64,000 bases of DNA from Anthoceros angustus (GCA_010909165.1 MU008173.1:186001-250000); one strand, 5' to 3'; shown: positions 25,671 to 39,960, numbered from the stretch's first letter. Made by a program: numbers and translations. Notes: generated from the sequence alone by a model not told the origin.

Positions 25671-28600
25671 ATGATCGTTACTATCACTCATGTGTGTATC
25701 AACGACATTCATGGCCCGTCTGTGCAGTCTAATTGAACACACGATGCTAGGCACATGAAACTAACACATCCTTTTTGGATTTCAATTGGGTAGGGGCTTG
25801 ATTAAAACAGCGTCTGTTTAGAAAAGGGTTTCTCCTGAAACCCCTTTTTGCACACGGACTTGGCCGGACCCCTTTTTGCACTTGAAAAAATCCGCACTAT
25901 AATCAGGCTTTTTGATATTTCTCTGCAGACATGTTACCCGCAACCTTTTGAATAATTGTTTTGATACACGTTATTTGAGACTGTAGATTGCAAGTACGTG
26001 GCAAAAACCTAAAGTCCCATTCTCGTTCGGCTTTTTTTTCAAACTAGACACAAAATTCAAACTTATGCGCACTTACATCTAAATAGCCTCCAACATCCGC
26101 AATCATTGCTGGACGTGATACACATTTAGAGTTTTTAGGGCTTAAGAGACTGTGCAAACTTGTTTGCGCACCAACCTTTCATTCATACTAGTCAATCCTA
26201 AGACTATACTCTCGCTCAGAATTTTAAGACTTTGTTCTTAGACATTGGGACAATAATATCTTCTTTGGCCGATGCTCTTGATCCACGGCTAGTGTGAGAA
26301 TGAGAGTGGCATGGTCTGCACTTAGAGCTGGGTCCACGCCAAACGTCTCAAGATTCAAAAGATGCAAAAGGTTCTCACTACTAGTTCAAAGTTTTAACCA
26401 CTAGAAAAAGATGAGGGTTAAGTAAAGATAAGAACATATCCACATTAGGGTGCACAAAAAGGTTGAAAGCGTCGAAAGGAACCCTTTAAAACAACAAAAT
26501 ATCAAAACAAATACAAAAAATCAAAAATTGTCAAAAATTTTAGAGCAAGTGCGCGAGACTTGCCTCAAAAACTGGACTTTTTATAATTTTTAGGGTTTTA
26601 GGGTTTTTAGACTTTTGCTCTTTTTCTTTGAACGTCTGCATATGAACCAAGTGGGTTCATGCCCGCCTCCTTGCCCCTGTGCACCCAGGCCCCTTGCCTG
26701 CGGATGCACCAGCGCTGCACCTTGCCCTGGTGCATGCACTTGTTCACCCACCGGCCCCGCATGTTTGATGATAACCCGATTAGGTCACCGCCGAAAGAGA
26801 CGGAAACACCGTAAAGAATAAAAGGGGATAGGGTGTTCTTCGTCGCATTAGGGCATAGGATAGATATAAGAGTGGTCTAGGTGAACCTCCTCACGATGTC
26901 TTTGTTATTTTGTCGAGTTCCACATCCTCACCGCCAAAAGGACATGCTTCCCATTAGAAGATCATTTTTCGCGTTCTTTTTGCACAGTGCATGCACAAGT
27001 TTGCACATAGCGTTGTTTAGGCGCACTTATGCGCGCCTAGGCCCCCCTGGTATACAAAAACATACAAAACCACACAAAATGCACAAACTATGGACATGAC
27101 GAAATTATGGAACAATGAGGTCACTGGCCCTTCATCACACCGTCTAAATCGCCATGAACCTGAGTATAAGGCGCCAGCGCGGTGTAAATGACTCGACAAA
27201 AGTGGTGCCGGAGTCGAGAATGCCCGAAACCGATGGATGAACACCTACAAAAACCAACAAAAACCAAACCAACTTCGGGCGAAATAGGGTTGGGATTTTT
27301 CCAAAACCCTTTGACAGAGAAACCCTTTCTAACAGACTTGTTTTAAGGTTAGTCAAGCTCCTTGTATGATCTTATATCGATATCATTATGCTTTAAGTTA
27401 CCCGGCAATCAAATTATCAAAGCTTGCAACGCATACCACTTGTCCCGCTCATAGATCAAAAGGTTCACTTTGTGTGCTAGTTAGTGCTAACCTAACGAAG
27501 GCCAAACAATCATTGTTGTAGACTAATGTTACGAACGGAGGCGATGGTGTTCAGCAGTGCAACGAAGCAAAGAACAAAGTGATTAATAGTAAGAAATACA
27601 TATCCTCATAATTACACATAGCGAAATTCAATATTATGTTTATTTAGGAGAAAAAGATGACGGACGAGCCCATACATATATATGCAATCGAGTATGACCC
27701 ATGGCCATGTCACCGGCCTCCATGCCCGTGTAAGATTGTTTTCACGCCTTTGCCCTAAAATTTCTAAGCAATTTAAAATTTTTCTTTCTTAAGGCCTATT
27801 AGTACAAGGGGCAAGGGCATGAGAAGAGATCGTGGAGATGGGTGTTTGTGATTTTGGTGAGATGGGCGATATGGGGCTTCTCCTTGGGCTTCTGGTCCGG
27901 ATATGCCACCAAGGCGTTCAATGTTGTAGAGTTAGCGAGCTTTATTCCGACTCGTTAGCTATCGGTCAGAGGGTCGACCTTCCCTCGGCGGAATGTCCCG
28001 ACAAGCTTTTGGATATCCTCGTCCACTTGGATCCGAGATATGAGGGTCTTCGTGATACACCACTTTTTGAGCCCGGTGTTTGTGAGTACCCACACCTCCC
28101 AGCAGCCTTCAATGCCTGCATCAACAAAGGGTCATCCATACATCGGATAGCCTTTCGGACCGCTTAAAGAGCACCAAACATTAATTATTGACCACCAATT
28201 CGACTGCACGTCCTCCTCCACTCCCACATACGTGTCCTTCAATTCTCGTAGAAGAATGCCATTTGGATCGCTCAAGAAATCTAAGCAACTCACTTGTTCT
28301 TGAGGTCATATTTAGGCTGCACATGAAAGCCCTCATCTCCGTTCGCTCATTGTTTCCCAAGAGAAACAAAGCCACGTGACATGTGTTGCTAGATCCCTAC
28401 CTTGTAACAAAAGCGTTGCCGTCAAAGGCAACCTTGGGATTGCGCTTCACCATGTTGAACACCTCCTTGTTGGCCTTAACATCCACTTGGCACAAATTCT
28501 TGATATCCTCCTAGCATATTCTTCCAGTCCGGATAGCGACAACACAGACAACGTGAACAATCCCCATCCTCCTCTTCCTCCTCCTCAACCTTTAATGGTT

Positions 28601-29076
28601 TCTCCTTTGTACCCGAGCAATCAAAAGCTTACCTTCATAAGAGTTTCTACCACTCGTTTGTGTTGTGCATAATGCAGCGCCATGGCATTTTGCTGACCGC
28701 TCTTTTCCCGAGGCTAGCCAATTGTATGGGGTGCCGATTGCTCAGCGATGACACTCGACAATGATGATTCGCATCTTGACTAAGTGCGAGGCGCCACGGG
28801 CATTGATGCTCGAGGAGGGCCGGCTTCATGAAGTGTAGAGGGTGCCCGCCACGTGCTGCTTACTCATAGGATGAGTCATTCATCAAAACCGAGGTGCTTT
28901 GCAACAGCACTGGGACACTAGCATTCTGCAGATCACCACCGATTCCGGGTCTTTTCCTAAGGAGCTAAGCCAATCGTTTTCGGTGAGGGCACCACGGGTC
29001 GTGTCGGAGGGAGGGTTGGTTGCTCGAGTTATCCGCTGGCCGATTGATTTGTGCTCCCCACAACCGACTGACGCTT

Positions 29077-29400
29077 GCATTCTCGGTGCATCTCGCTCTT
29101 TTCCTTTGGAAAGCCAATTGCACGCAGAGGGCACCGCAGCGTGTCATTGGAAGAGGCGGTTGCTTCTTGGCGCAGTGGAAGGCTTTGCCTCGCTTAGTGG
29201 GGTGACGAGCCGCCTCCGAAACCAAGGTCTGCAACATTGCCGGCCGCTTGACCTGTACTCCCATGGTGACTCTAGGACGGTGGCATTCTCGGTGCATCTC
29301 GCTCTTTTCCTTTGGAAAGCCAATTGTACGAGAGGCACCGCAGCGTGTCATTGGAAGAGGCGGTTGCTTCTGGCGGAGTGGAAGGCTTCACCGCTTAGTA
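29077..29400 (+). repeat. ~206-bp direct repeat (2 copies)
   Basis: GCATTCTCGGTGCATCTCGCTCTTTTCCTTTGGAAAGCCAATTG...GCAGCGTGTCATTGGAAGAGGCGGTTGCTTCT at 29077 and 29283. Confidence 0.85.
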
Positions 29401-29689
29401 GCGATGAGCTGCTCCGAAACCGAGGCCTTCGCCAGGGCCATAGTCTTGCAAGTGCTCGCTACACAAAGCGCCAATCCAAGTGCTAAGGGAAGTTTCTTCC
29501 AATGTTATAGTGGACTTAAAAATACTTCTTCTTTTTTCTTATATATTCTCGCACTTAATGGTCATGTAGCAAGGTAGGTAATCGCATATATAGACGAACC
29601 CCTACAAATACATTTAATTTAGAGACATTTATGAGAGTTTGAAAGTTATATTGAGGTTCAATAACTTGGATAAATAAAAAATTATAATC

Positions 29690-29875
29690 GAGGTCCAAGG
29701 AAAGTAATTTTACGAGGTCCAAGAAGAGTAAGTATACCAAGGTCCAAGAAGAGTAATTGTACCAAGGTCCAAGGAGAGTCATTATACCAAGGTCCAAGGA
29801 GAGTCATTATACCAAGGTCCAAGGAGAGTAATTATACCAAGGTCCAAGGAGAGCACTTATACCGAGGTCTAAGGA
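29690..29875 (+). repeat. ~25-bp minisatellite (CCAAGGTCCAAGGAGAGTCATTATA)n, about 7-8 units
   Basis: Directly visible tandem units. Confidence 0.9.
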
Positions 29876-29933
29876 GCAGTCCATCTTTGTGTAGAGCAGA
29901 TCTTCTTTTCTAATTTGATTAGGAGTCGATCAA

Positions 29934-30018
29934 CTTACGACGTTGGAAGTCTTACGACCCAATAGGTGGAAGTCTTACGACCCAATAGGTAGAAGTCTAG
30001 GACCCAATGGGTGGAAGT
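29934..30018 (+). repeat. ~23-bp minisatellite (CTTACGACCCAATAGGTGGAAGT)n, about 3-4 units
   Basis: Directly visible tandem units. Confidence 0.8.
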
Positions 30019-30252
30019 TGTGGTCGTGATAATCAGCGGCTGGTGTTGTTTTCACATAGTAAAATGTTCTTGGGTCATCCATAAAGTAGTCGCATCGAGT
30101 ATAGGGGACCACTCAAAATTCTTGTTTGAATTGCTACCCCATTAGCTGTGAACGCGTGTATACACTTTGATAGAGATGACTCAACCGTGTCATCCTCGAC
30201 GCTTATGTGCGGAGTGAACTTGACATTTAAGGGTGAGTGTTGTAAGTAATAT

Positions 30253-30465
30253 GTGCTTTCACCTCTTGAAAACGTTATTGGGGTCGTGGGGAAATAGCAT
30301 CATGGATAGGGAGGCAGCCGGCTTTCGTGCTTTCACCTCTTGAAACGTTAATGGGTCAGGGGGAAGTAGTATCCTGGATAGGGAACCAGCCGGCTTGTGT
30401 GCTTTCACCTCTTGAAACGTTATTAGGACAAGGGGACATAGCATCCTGGATAGGGAGCCAGCTGG
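30253..30465 (+). repeat. ~73-bp tandem repeat, 3 units
   Basis: GTGCTTTCACCTCTTGAAACGTTA...GGATAGGGA..CAGC at ~30253, ~30327 and ~30399. Confidence 0.88.
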
Positions 30466-32060
30466 TGCTCTTGTTTGAATGTCTGCCTGAATGGCTCTAA
30501 AATTTTGGATTTGCATCACCATTCCCATCCGTCTATTAGTTCACACATCATGATCGCTCACAATCACTCATGTATGTGTGAACGAAAGAGACAATGCCAG
30601 GCACATGAAATCAACACATTCTCCTTGGTGTTGAATCAACCTCCTTGTATCTTACATTAATCTTTAAAGCTATCTAGCAATCAAAGGCTTGCCATCGCAT
30701 ACCCAGCCATACTAATTCATTGGGGTCCATTAATTTATGGGCTGCCACCCAAGATGACCCCCTATTTATGGCCCTACCACACCCTATGACACCCTATAAC
30801 ACATTATTTGTGACGCCACCATACCTTATCACACACTCTTCCACATACTTATGGCTCACACACATGTCACCCCATGGCACTAGGACATGTGAGCATGTCG
30901 AGTTTCAAAATTCAAACTATAATTAAATAATCAAGGATCATTAATCATGATTTATTATTGAAAATTATTTAAAGTGACAAGAATTTCTTCACCGTGCCCA
31001 CTTGCTTTCAGTGTTCGGGGCCCTAAAATCGCAGGTAGCCAAGTTCCTCGTTTACAACCAACTGGTCCAATGCACCATCCTCGGCCATCTCGCCTTAGCT
31101 CATGCTAGCATCCTAAGCATGTGTCCTTAGCATCCTAATCATCCATCCTTAGCATCCTAAGCATCTTCCCTTAGCATCGTAAGCATATGCAACCTACTCA
31201 CAAGAGCTAGATCCTTAGGCATTCCCTTCACCACATCCTTGTGCCATCTTGTCAAAAACCTAGCGTGATGTTTCACCACCACATTTTGCAAGACCGATCC
31301 AAGGGCATTCCACGTTCGACATCCTTTTGTGGCCATGCTAATAAAACCACGCTTCTTTCAACTCGCGATCTTGCACACATGTCCCACACCAACTAGTTGG
31401 CAACAAAAAGTTAATAGGCCCGATTCCAAAGACAACGACAAATGCACACGGTTTGAAGGGCAGCATTAAAGATTCAGCAGCTCTCAACTCGAGCTCGACA
31501 AGGATGGCTTGGACCGATCGCGATCTCGTCACGACAAATTGTTCACTTTTTCTTTTGGTCCTTCACCGAGGTGGAGCTCCGTGGTGGATGGGGTGCACGA
31601 GGCATCCAGCCCGATTGATCAGATCGGCGGCCTCGAAATCGAAGGTAATCAAACATATGCCGCCAGTTGTATCATGACCTAGCAAGAATTGAAGTTTGCT
31701 TGGCATCAAACGATATCATGTTCTTGGCCCACGAGATCGTATGCCTTGCAATCATCGTATGTTCGATTGGATAGTCCCGAGTGTTGTTAGCGGTCATGGT
31801 TCGCCCAAAGGCTCGTGGTTAACATTCTATAACGCCATCTCTACAAAATTGAACCACCACCACGTTGGTAGTTTATATATATGGATAATGTATTACAACT
31901 GTACTGTGAGATCGTGTGCCTTGCAAGATTTCATCGTATCGATCGGATAGTCGAGTGTTGATCATGGTTTGTCTAGCTCATGGGTTAACATTCTATATAA
32001 TTAACATTATAATCTATACGCATCCCTACAAAATTCATGACACAACATTGATCACGCTGG

Positions 32061-32065
<5 letters not shown>

Positions 32066-32102
<37 letters not shown>
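32066..32102. repeat. (AT)n microsatellite
   Basis: About 18 AT units. Confidence 0.95.
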
Positions 32103-32104
<2 letters not shown>

Positions 32105-33079
32105 CATAGTGTTCATATGTAGTCCATAGGTTGGACATAAGTTTTTTTTGTTGTGGACTTTGGCACAATTTTATATTAAAAGCCAAGAATTACATAGAGC
32201 AATTGGACTAAGAGAACCTAATGGATGTTGGAGAGAAGTTCACAACACTTGAACATTGTCTATATGTACATACATCCACTAGTACTCTTATTCAAAGTCG
32301 ACGAGGTCGAAATTCAAAGACAAAGGCCGGTTGGCGATCGCTTCTTGCCCAAGATGTTACTTTCCTCGAGACCCAAAAGCTTTTCACAATGTGCAAGCAC
32401 ATCCACTCTTCTTCTCGTGGTACCCCAACAAATCCCGACTCATCACTAGGGCTTGCCGGCTTCGCCCCACCGGAGGTGCCTCACCTTAATTCAGAGTGCA
32501 CATCATGTCACCCAATGATAGTGGATTGATAAACGCTACATATATAGCTTGAGACTAAAATTGACGAAAAAAGGAGGACATGTCGAGATTTGCCAAGGAT
32601 TCCGATTGACCACTTGAGTTGATGAAGTTTTGGGACTTGTCATTTTCGAACATGACTTCAAAATGACAAGATGGAATTTGAACTCGATATGCGCACACGT
32701 GGCAGCCATCCATTTGTCCCATTATAATATAAGGAGGCACTCCAAGGCACTAATGGTTTCGATTTGCCTTGAACACTCATAATATTTGAAGCCGAATATA
32801 CAAACCCTCTTCCGCAACCGAAACCCTCATGTTCAAATTTTGATAGTACCTATAATGCATGATTAAGCATGATTTTGATTCTAAGATGGGTGTTATGTCA
32901 TCTCAATGCAATTTCAATCGCATTAGTTCGAGAAATACGCCTAGTTATGGTGGTTGCCTCGGGAAATAGGTATGCTGGACGAAGTTTAAAGGCTTTTGAA
33001 GGTGATGCCAGGCTTCAATTGCTCCAAAAATCGCTACACATAAAACTTTCAACCCATGAAACAAAGAAATCAAGTACTC

Positions 33080-34240
33080 ACTGCAGACACAAAACAAGGC
33101 AGGACTCGGGCACCGCCAACACGCCATCCATGACTACTTCTACGGCCTCGACGCCGCATGATCCGGGCCTCAAAGTTGTCGCTCTCTCCATGATATTTCC
33201 TCGTGTCCGAGGAGCCACCCACAACCTCGATGGCTTGTCTCGGAGGCCACATCGGTCCAATGTTTGAAGCGCCCAATAGGATCTCTGCCACGCTTCTCCG
33301 AAGACCCCAAAGAAACAACTTGAGCTTGTGACAAACCTTTTTCCGACAATGTCACTTCACTTTTAGCTTGACCGAGTTGGACCCCATGGGTGAGGCTCTG
33401 TGGGGTCAACTCCTCCTCCAAGGCCCGCAAAACTTCATATCCATGGATCCTCCGATATGAACTCGCTGCATACTGCTTGTCCACATCCACAAGAATGCAC
33501 CCGACCGCATAGGAGAGCAGCCATCGTGTCGATCCACTTCGCACACGGCCTAAAATCCAATCTCCTCCTTCGAGAAGTTTTTGATGATTCTCATCATCGT
33601 GCCCAATGGCCTCGACACGCATACACCACCGCCTTATCGAGGGATGTATAGCAGCCTTCTTCACGGCGGTCATGCCCAATGACCGCACTATCTGCTTGTT
33701 GAAGGAACCCCATTCAGAGCATGGAAAACATTTGGCCATTGTATGTATGTTAAGCCCCACCCAATCAGAATGTATTCCACAAAGGTCGAGCCCCTAGGTC
33801 CTGCATATTAGTCTTGTCCCACAAATGACACCAACCTCCCCAAAGGCACCACTTCCGATTGCCTCCCTCATCGGTGGTGCCCTCCACACGCATGACTATC
33901 ATCCGTGATTCCATCGCGAACTTGTCATATCATGGAAAGCATGGAAACTGACTACCGCCGTAAGCCCATAGTGACATCATGTTTTCCTTTAAACTCTCGG
34001 GCACATCCATGACCATCAATGTGTATTCAACTCAGCAGTGAAGCCCTCATGTCAACGATATCCCTTGCCATAACCTCGCACTTCACAATATTCTCCGTTG
34101 CCTGAATCGGAGTGAAAGATTGCGGTGCTCTTCCATGTCCATGTCCGCTATAGCCCTACTGCCTCCTCCAAGCCTTTCCAAGTGCACTTCAAGCACAAAA
34201 AGCTTGAAAGCGGTAGTTTCTTCAGTCATCCACATCCTTT
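33080..34240 (-). pseudogene. Beta-class N4C/N6A DNA methyltransferase, subfamily B copy 1 (frameshifted as assembled)
   Basis: Minus-strand frame fragments YTLMVMDVP (motif IV-like, ~34000), WDKTN, RPLGTMMRIIKNFSKE, GDWIL, SGS, CILVDVDK, RRIHGYEVLRALEEELT. Lies outside the CACTA TIR. Confidence 0.8.
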
Positions 34241-34358
34241 ACTTGGTCAGAAACCACACAAAGATTATGTCAATATAACTACTCGACATTCAAAGGATAT
34301 CACATGTGACAAAGTATATAATCGAAGGACACGATCGGGCGCCAAGATGCCGGCTGGC

Positions 34359-34422
34359 GAGCTCAACCCAGAACATGTAAATCTCGGGTGGAACAAAAGG
34401 GTAAAAGCTCATTTGATTTTGA
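34359..34422 (+). rRNA. Truncated 25S/28S rRNA-derived fragment (non-functional)
   Basis: GAGCTCAAC..GAAC...AATCTCG.GTGGAACAAAAGGGTAAAAGCTCATTTGATTTTGA, i.e. the start of the fragment seen at 40076 and 43313. Confidence 0.75.
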
Positions 34423-34665
34423 GGCGGAGTGCCTTGTGGGGTCCCAACACCTCGTTCGCAGCAGCCACAGGTGATAGCTACATTGTTGTCGCTAAGACAA
34501 GTCCGTGGGATGGGGAGGATCCAATGATATCACTGGACTCTTGCATTTTCAATTAAGTGGCCAAGGCGTACAGGGAGTTACCTATGCTGAATTGAGCTGG
34601 CCAAGTTGGCAGTCTGACCTGCGGTAGGGTGTGCAAGTAGTAGCTGCAGTGGATGGTGGGATCAA
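34423..34665 (+). pseudogene. F-box-associated/Kelch-like beta-propeller gene remnant, 5' part (continues at 52274)
   Basis: CIFN*VAKAYRELPML resembles the NPxTxxWxxLP motif. Removing the CACTA element and one CAA restores VDGGIKVFVLHHVSGGEVRASMYRSTLNRW in frame. Confidence 0.55.
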
Positions 34666-35662
34666 CACTACTAGGAAAACGGGTCTCTTACAACGGAAAT
34701 TACAACGGCAATTACTACGACTTTACGCCGTCCGTTGTAAAACCCTCGTAGTAAACACACCTTAGTAATATCCGTAGTAAATATTCATACTAATTATAAT
34801 AAGGCTATACCTTGTATTATATACTGATTGTCCCGTATACGTTGACGACTTAACCGGGTGGTCCGTATGGTGGTTAACCTTTACAGACGCCTTTACTGGG
34901 ACAATACTACGATGCACTTACAACGCGTTTTACAACTTCACTAACCATAGTTAATATATTATAGTTAAGTAATCAAGGTTACTTGACTATAGTTTACTAA
35001 CTAGGATTAAGTAATGTTGTTACATGACCCCATCTTGATTGGTGTTAAGTAACCACGGTTAATTAAACTCAATGTTCTCTATAAAGAGTACCTTGTTGTA
35101 AATGTCCGTTGTCAAGGTTCCCTTTACAACGGACTTTTAAACCTCGATGTAAAGGGGTCGTTGTAAATGTGTTAAACCTTTACAACAATTGTAAAGGAAC
35201 CAGTTGTAAAGGGTTCGTAGTAAAGAGCTATCCCTTTACAACGACTTGTAATGGAACCTCGTTGTAAAAGTAATGGGTTTAGGATTAGTGTCCTTGTAAA
35301 AGTGTTGTGTGTGAACTAAAACCGTTCGATGTAAATCTACGGAGGTCTCGTATAAACATCCACCTACAGCACCCAAAACGTCACCTACAACCCCACTAGG
35401 ACCGCCCACAATCACGCATACAAATCTAAGCGCAAGAAGGTAAACCATTTCCGAATTGTTTGGGGAGAAGACAGAGCAACATGGCCTACATCCTACAATT
35501 CACCGAATTCACGTCCTTGGCCTCCACCACACAGCGCAGCCTCAAGACAGAGTCCATCCGGAAGACATCCCATCACGATATCGACAAACAATTGCCGTGC
35601 ATTCGGCTACAAAATGTTTGTTGGATGTAGGAGTCGAATAACTGAGCTAAGAAGTTGCTTCC

Positions 35663-36260
35663 TTAGCCTTCCTTGCAACGTTCGGGAAGAAGGTGCTCCA
35701 CCATGAACCCTTCATCACGGACCTTCTTATGCAAGATTGCTTCCATCACCTTTTCATCACATTCCCCAGCCGTATCTCGCCTCATGCAGGAGGTTCCATT
35801 GACTATGTATCCAGACTTCCACACGCCTTTTTGAGGACCCAAAGATGGAGCAGTTTCACTTTCCTTCCAATAAGCTCTAAGCTTTGTCACCGTTCCATGC
35901 CCGGATCCCACATACTTAATCTCTTCAAAGGTGGCCTGTCTATCAAACTTGGCTTTGAACCTGTCCATGAACTGCTTTTGCCCTCCAAACCCAAAGCATG
36001 AATATGGCTTATCGTCATTTTTCCTCATTGTAAGGCGCCGAGTCACTAGGAGCAATGACACCGTCTAGCTTGTCCTTCTCTTGTTTCAATAGAACATCCC
36101 AATACTCTCGTTTAAGGCTCTTAGGCACGTACTTGTCGCAAGCTTTCTTGCCCTTCAAGAAATGCCTAGCCTCCTTCCTCAAGTTGTTCTTCCAATGCCT
36201 CAAGCCCGAGCATTTCGAGCCACAACACGAAACGCGTCCATGGACCGATATGGTCCGCTA
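35663..36260 (-). pseudogene. Possible CACTA TnpA-like (Ptta/En/Spm, Transposase_24-type) ORF remnant
   Basis: RHWKNNLRKEARHF...VPKSLKREYWDVLLKQ...GFGGQKQFMDRFKAKFDRQATFEEI loosely fits the W..K...P.....W..L pattern, and it lies just inside the left TIR. Confidence 0.4.
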
Positions 36261-38829
36261 ATGCTTTCCACAAGAAGGACATCAACATCGAATGTTCCAA
36301 ATCGAACAGGTTGCATAAATGACGAATGGCGAAGTGCACCCGATCCTTCATTGGAAACCAAGATGGCGAGTCTCGAGAGAATATAGCGCAGCCGAAAAAG
36401 CATGATCGATGGATATGAATAGGGCAATCACGAAAAATAAGGCTGGACATCTAAACCTAAGGACTTTCGTGAAATACGCACTGTACCAAGGCTTGATTTA
36501 CAGTGTCCGAGCTACAACTGTTGTAGCTTAGACCTGAATTGCCACAAGACTACTCTGGAAAAAATAAGAAACTGTCCACGCTTACCAGATTCATGCAAAT
36601 GAGAAAGGAGAACCTCATCAGTAAGTCCCAAATCCTCTTCGTTTTCTACCGTCCTTGTTGCCCTTCACCTCATCATCAAAACACTGGAATTTCAATACCA
36701 ACCCCAACATGGGCATCAACGGGAGATGCCCAAATTCGGGACATGCTCTTGCCCTCTGGTGCATCCTCGTCCTCTCGCACAAGTGTGGGATGAACGGATC
36801 CTTGGAGTGCTCGGGACCACAACGTCGACCCTACGCACTCCCCGTTAGCAATCTCACCTTGGTTTAGGGGAGCACAAGCATTTCCTCCGAATTATCACTC
36901 GAGACTTCCCTCGGCTAGTGCTTTTTGAGGAGTGCATGTCCCTTGCTAGCATGCGGACACATTTGAACCTCAATCGATCATCGAAAACGGACGGCGGATC
37001 TGTCTTGGCCGACCTCTTCCCAACCGCCTCCTTGTTCCCTCGTGGTGAGTGTGCTTTTTGTCAGGGCTCAAAACTCGGACTTGCAATGTGTTCATCGCAA
37101 TCGCCTTTGAGATTCCGGATCGCATGGCATAGACCCATCCGGCATGTGTGCCTTATCATTTGACATCCCAAAGGGATGGTCCATGTTATCAATCGAATGG
37201 ACGTCTTCTAATGCCACGCATCGACGCCCCAAAGCCATCTTCGTCGTCATCATCTTGGATCTTGTGTTTGCTCACCGCAGCCGCCAAAACCCTCTCTCTC
37301 GCCTGCCTGACGGCTGGGTTTGTGCCGCACACCATGCCAGCTCACCCTTGATGCGCTTGGACCGTCTGTCCCACCTCGAGCTGCCCTCCCAAGCCCATCC
37401 ATGCCACGCCTCAAGCTCGTATTGTTGACCGTCCTTTTGTTGCACCTTGCCCGGCCACGGCTTTGCGACCCGTCCATCCTTCCCATGCCGAGTATGTTGA
37501 AGACGCACGGCTCTGGGTCCGCCTCACCGTGTGCTTGCCCCTAGATTTCTTCACCGTCCACTTGCCTTTCGGTGTTCGGGGCCCTAAAATCGCAGTAGCC
37601 AAGTTCGTTCTTACAACCAGTTGGGTCCAATGCACCATCCTCGCGTAGCCTCGACTGCATCCCCCAAAGGCGCCGTGCGTGCGCCGTGTCTCGGGTCCTT
37701 CTCGCACGACAAGCAATCTTCGGCTAATGGCATGCAACCCATTGTTGGTTGTGAAGAGCAGGAGCTCAATCAAGGCATGAAAGAACAACGCCCCAAAGAA
37801 CACACGAAAAACAACCCCTACCCCTCACCTTGACAAAGCTCGTCAGGAACCCACGCTGATGTGTCGCGTGCAACACCACCAGAAACCCGCTTACTCAACG
37901 CTGGAGACGAGGTTTCATGACACTCATTGTTTTTGAACACGGTAGGTTCTATGCAACTTTGCCGCTAGTATTCAAGTCCAAATCGCTTGCATGGTGCTCT
38001 TGTAATGTGAACACGGCCGGTAGACGTAATCATACCGCATTTCCAACCATTTATAGCCAATTACTTTGGGTTTCTAGAACTCGATATGGTAAACTGTGGT
38101 TTAGACCCCGCCCCAAAAACCCAAGGACATATTATTTTGAATGAAGTGTCCTTAGTTTCAAACCCGGTTTAGCTAACCCGGTTTCAAACCTAAGTACACT
38201 TTGTAAACCCGGGTTAACCTATAAACCCGGATTAAAAACCCAAGGACACTTTTGAAAACCCGGATTTCATTCGTCGAGATTTCATCAAGGACACATTGTC
38301 ATTTTGTCGAGATTTCGCCAAGGATTCCGATTGACCACTTGAGTTGATGTCGTTTTGGGACTTGTCATTTTCTAACATGATCTACCGGCACCAAGACAAG
38401 TGAATTTGAACTCGAGTATGCCTACACGTGGCAGCCATCCATTTGTCCTAGCTTATAATATAAGAGGCATACATTCCAAGTACTCCAATGGTTTCGATTT
38501 GCCTTGAACACTCATAATATTTGAAGCCCGAATATACAAACCCTCTTCCGCAAATCGAAACCCTCATGTTCAAATCGATAGTACCTATAATGCATGATTA
38601 AGCATGATTTGATTCTAAGGGATGTGTTATGTCATCTCAATGCAATTTCACCGCATTAGTTCGAGAAATACGCCTAGTTATGGTGGTTGCCTTCGAAATA
38701 GCGTTGGACGAAGTCGCTAAAGGCTTTTGAGGTAGGAAGGCGCGGCATGCTTACGCCACCGCTCAGCAAATCTTACACATAAAACTTCAACCCATGAAAC
38801 AAAGAAAAAGTACTCACTCGCGATCACAA

Positions 38830-39960
38830 AACAAGGCAGACTCCAGGCACCGCCTGCACGCTATCCATGACTACTTCTACGGTCTCGACGCCGCATGATC
38901 CGGTCCTCAAAGTTGTCGCTCTCCATGATATTTCCGTGTCCGAGGAGCCACCTCCACAACCTCGATGGCTTGTCTCGGAGGCCACATCGCGGTCCAATGT
39001 TTGGCGCCCAACGTCAAGGATCTCTGCGGGCGCTTTCCTCCCCGAAGACCCCAAAGAAACAACTTGAGCTGCGGACAAACCTTTTTCCGACAATGTCACT
39101 TCTTTAGCCCAGAATCGAGTTGGACCCCGTGAGGCTCGTGGGTCAACTCCTCATCCAAGGTCCGCAAAACTTCATATCCATGGATCCTCCGATGTATGAA
39201 CTCTGCAGGCTTGTCCACATCCACAAGAATGCAATTCCGACCGCATAGGAGAGCAGCCATCGTTGTCGATCCACTTCCCGCACACGCTCTAAAATCCAAT
39301 CTCCTCCTTCGAGAAGTTTTTGATGATTCTCATCATCGTGCCCAATGGCCTCGATACGCACACCACCATTATCGAGGGATGTGTATAGCTCTTCACGATG
39401 TTGTCATGCCCAATGACCGCATCGTCTGCTTGTTGAAGGAACCCTGACATTATTGGGGAGCATGGAAATTTTGGCCAGCTGTACATGTTAAGCCCCACCA
39501 ATCAGAATGTATTCCCAAAGGTCGAGCCCCTAGGTCGCTCGCATATTAGTCTTGTCCCATACAAATGACACCAACCTCCCCAAAGGCACCACTTCCGATT
39601 GCCTCCCTCACTGGTGGTGCCCTCCACACCGTGCATGACTATCATCCGATCTCATCGCAACTTGTCATATCATGGAAAGCATGGAAAACATCACCGCCGC
39701 AAGCCATAGTGACATCATGTTTTCCTTTAAATCCTCGGGGCACATCCATGACCATCAATGTGTATTTCGAATCAGTGAAGCCCCTCATGTCAACGATATC
39801 CCTTGCCATAACCTCGGTACTTCACAATATTCTCGTTGCCTGAATCAGTGCAGATTCTTCCATGTCCATGTCCGCCATAGCCCCCTGCCTCCTCCAAGCC
39901 TTTCCAAGTGTACTTCAAGCACAAAAGCTTGAAGTTTCTTCAGTCATCCACATCCTTTAC
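38830..39960 (-). pseudogene. Beta-class N4C/N6A DNA methyltransferase, subfamily B copy 2
   Basis: SKYTLMVMDVPRGFK; FVWDKTN; EYILI; RPLGTMMRIIKNFSKE; ACAGSGSTTMAALLCGRNCILVDVDK; IHRRIHGYEVLRTLDEELTHEPHG (ORFs 39096-39299 and 39289-39501). Confidence 0.85.

Noticed and set aside
27830-28600. Degenerate coding-like sequence on the minus strand
   Set aside because: No diagnostic motif; left unannotated.
29690-30465. Short regularly spaced repeats as a possible CRISPR-like array
   Set aside because: The units are contiguous minisatellites without unique spacers, there are no cas genes, and the context is eukaryotic.
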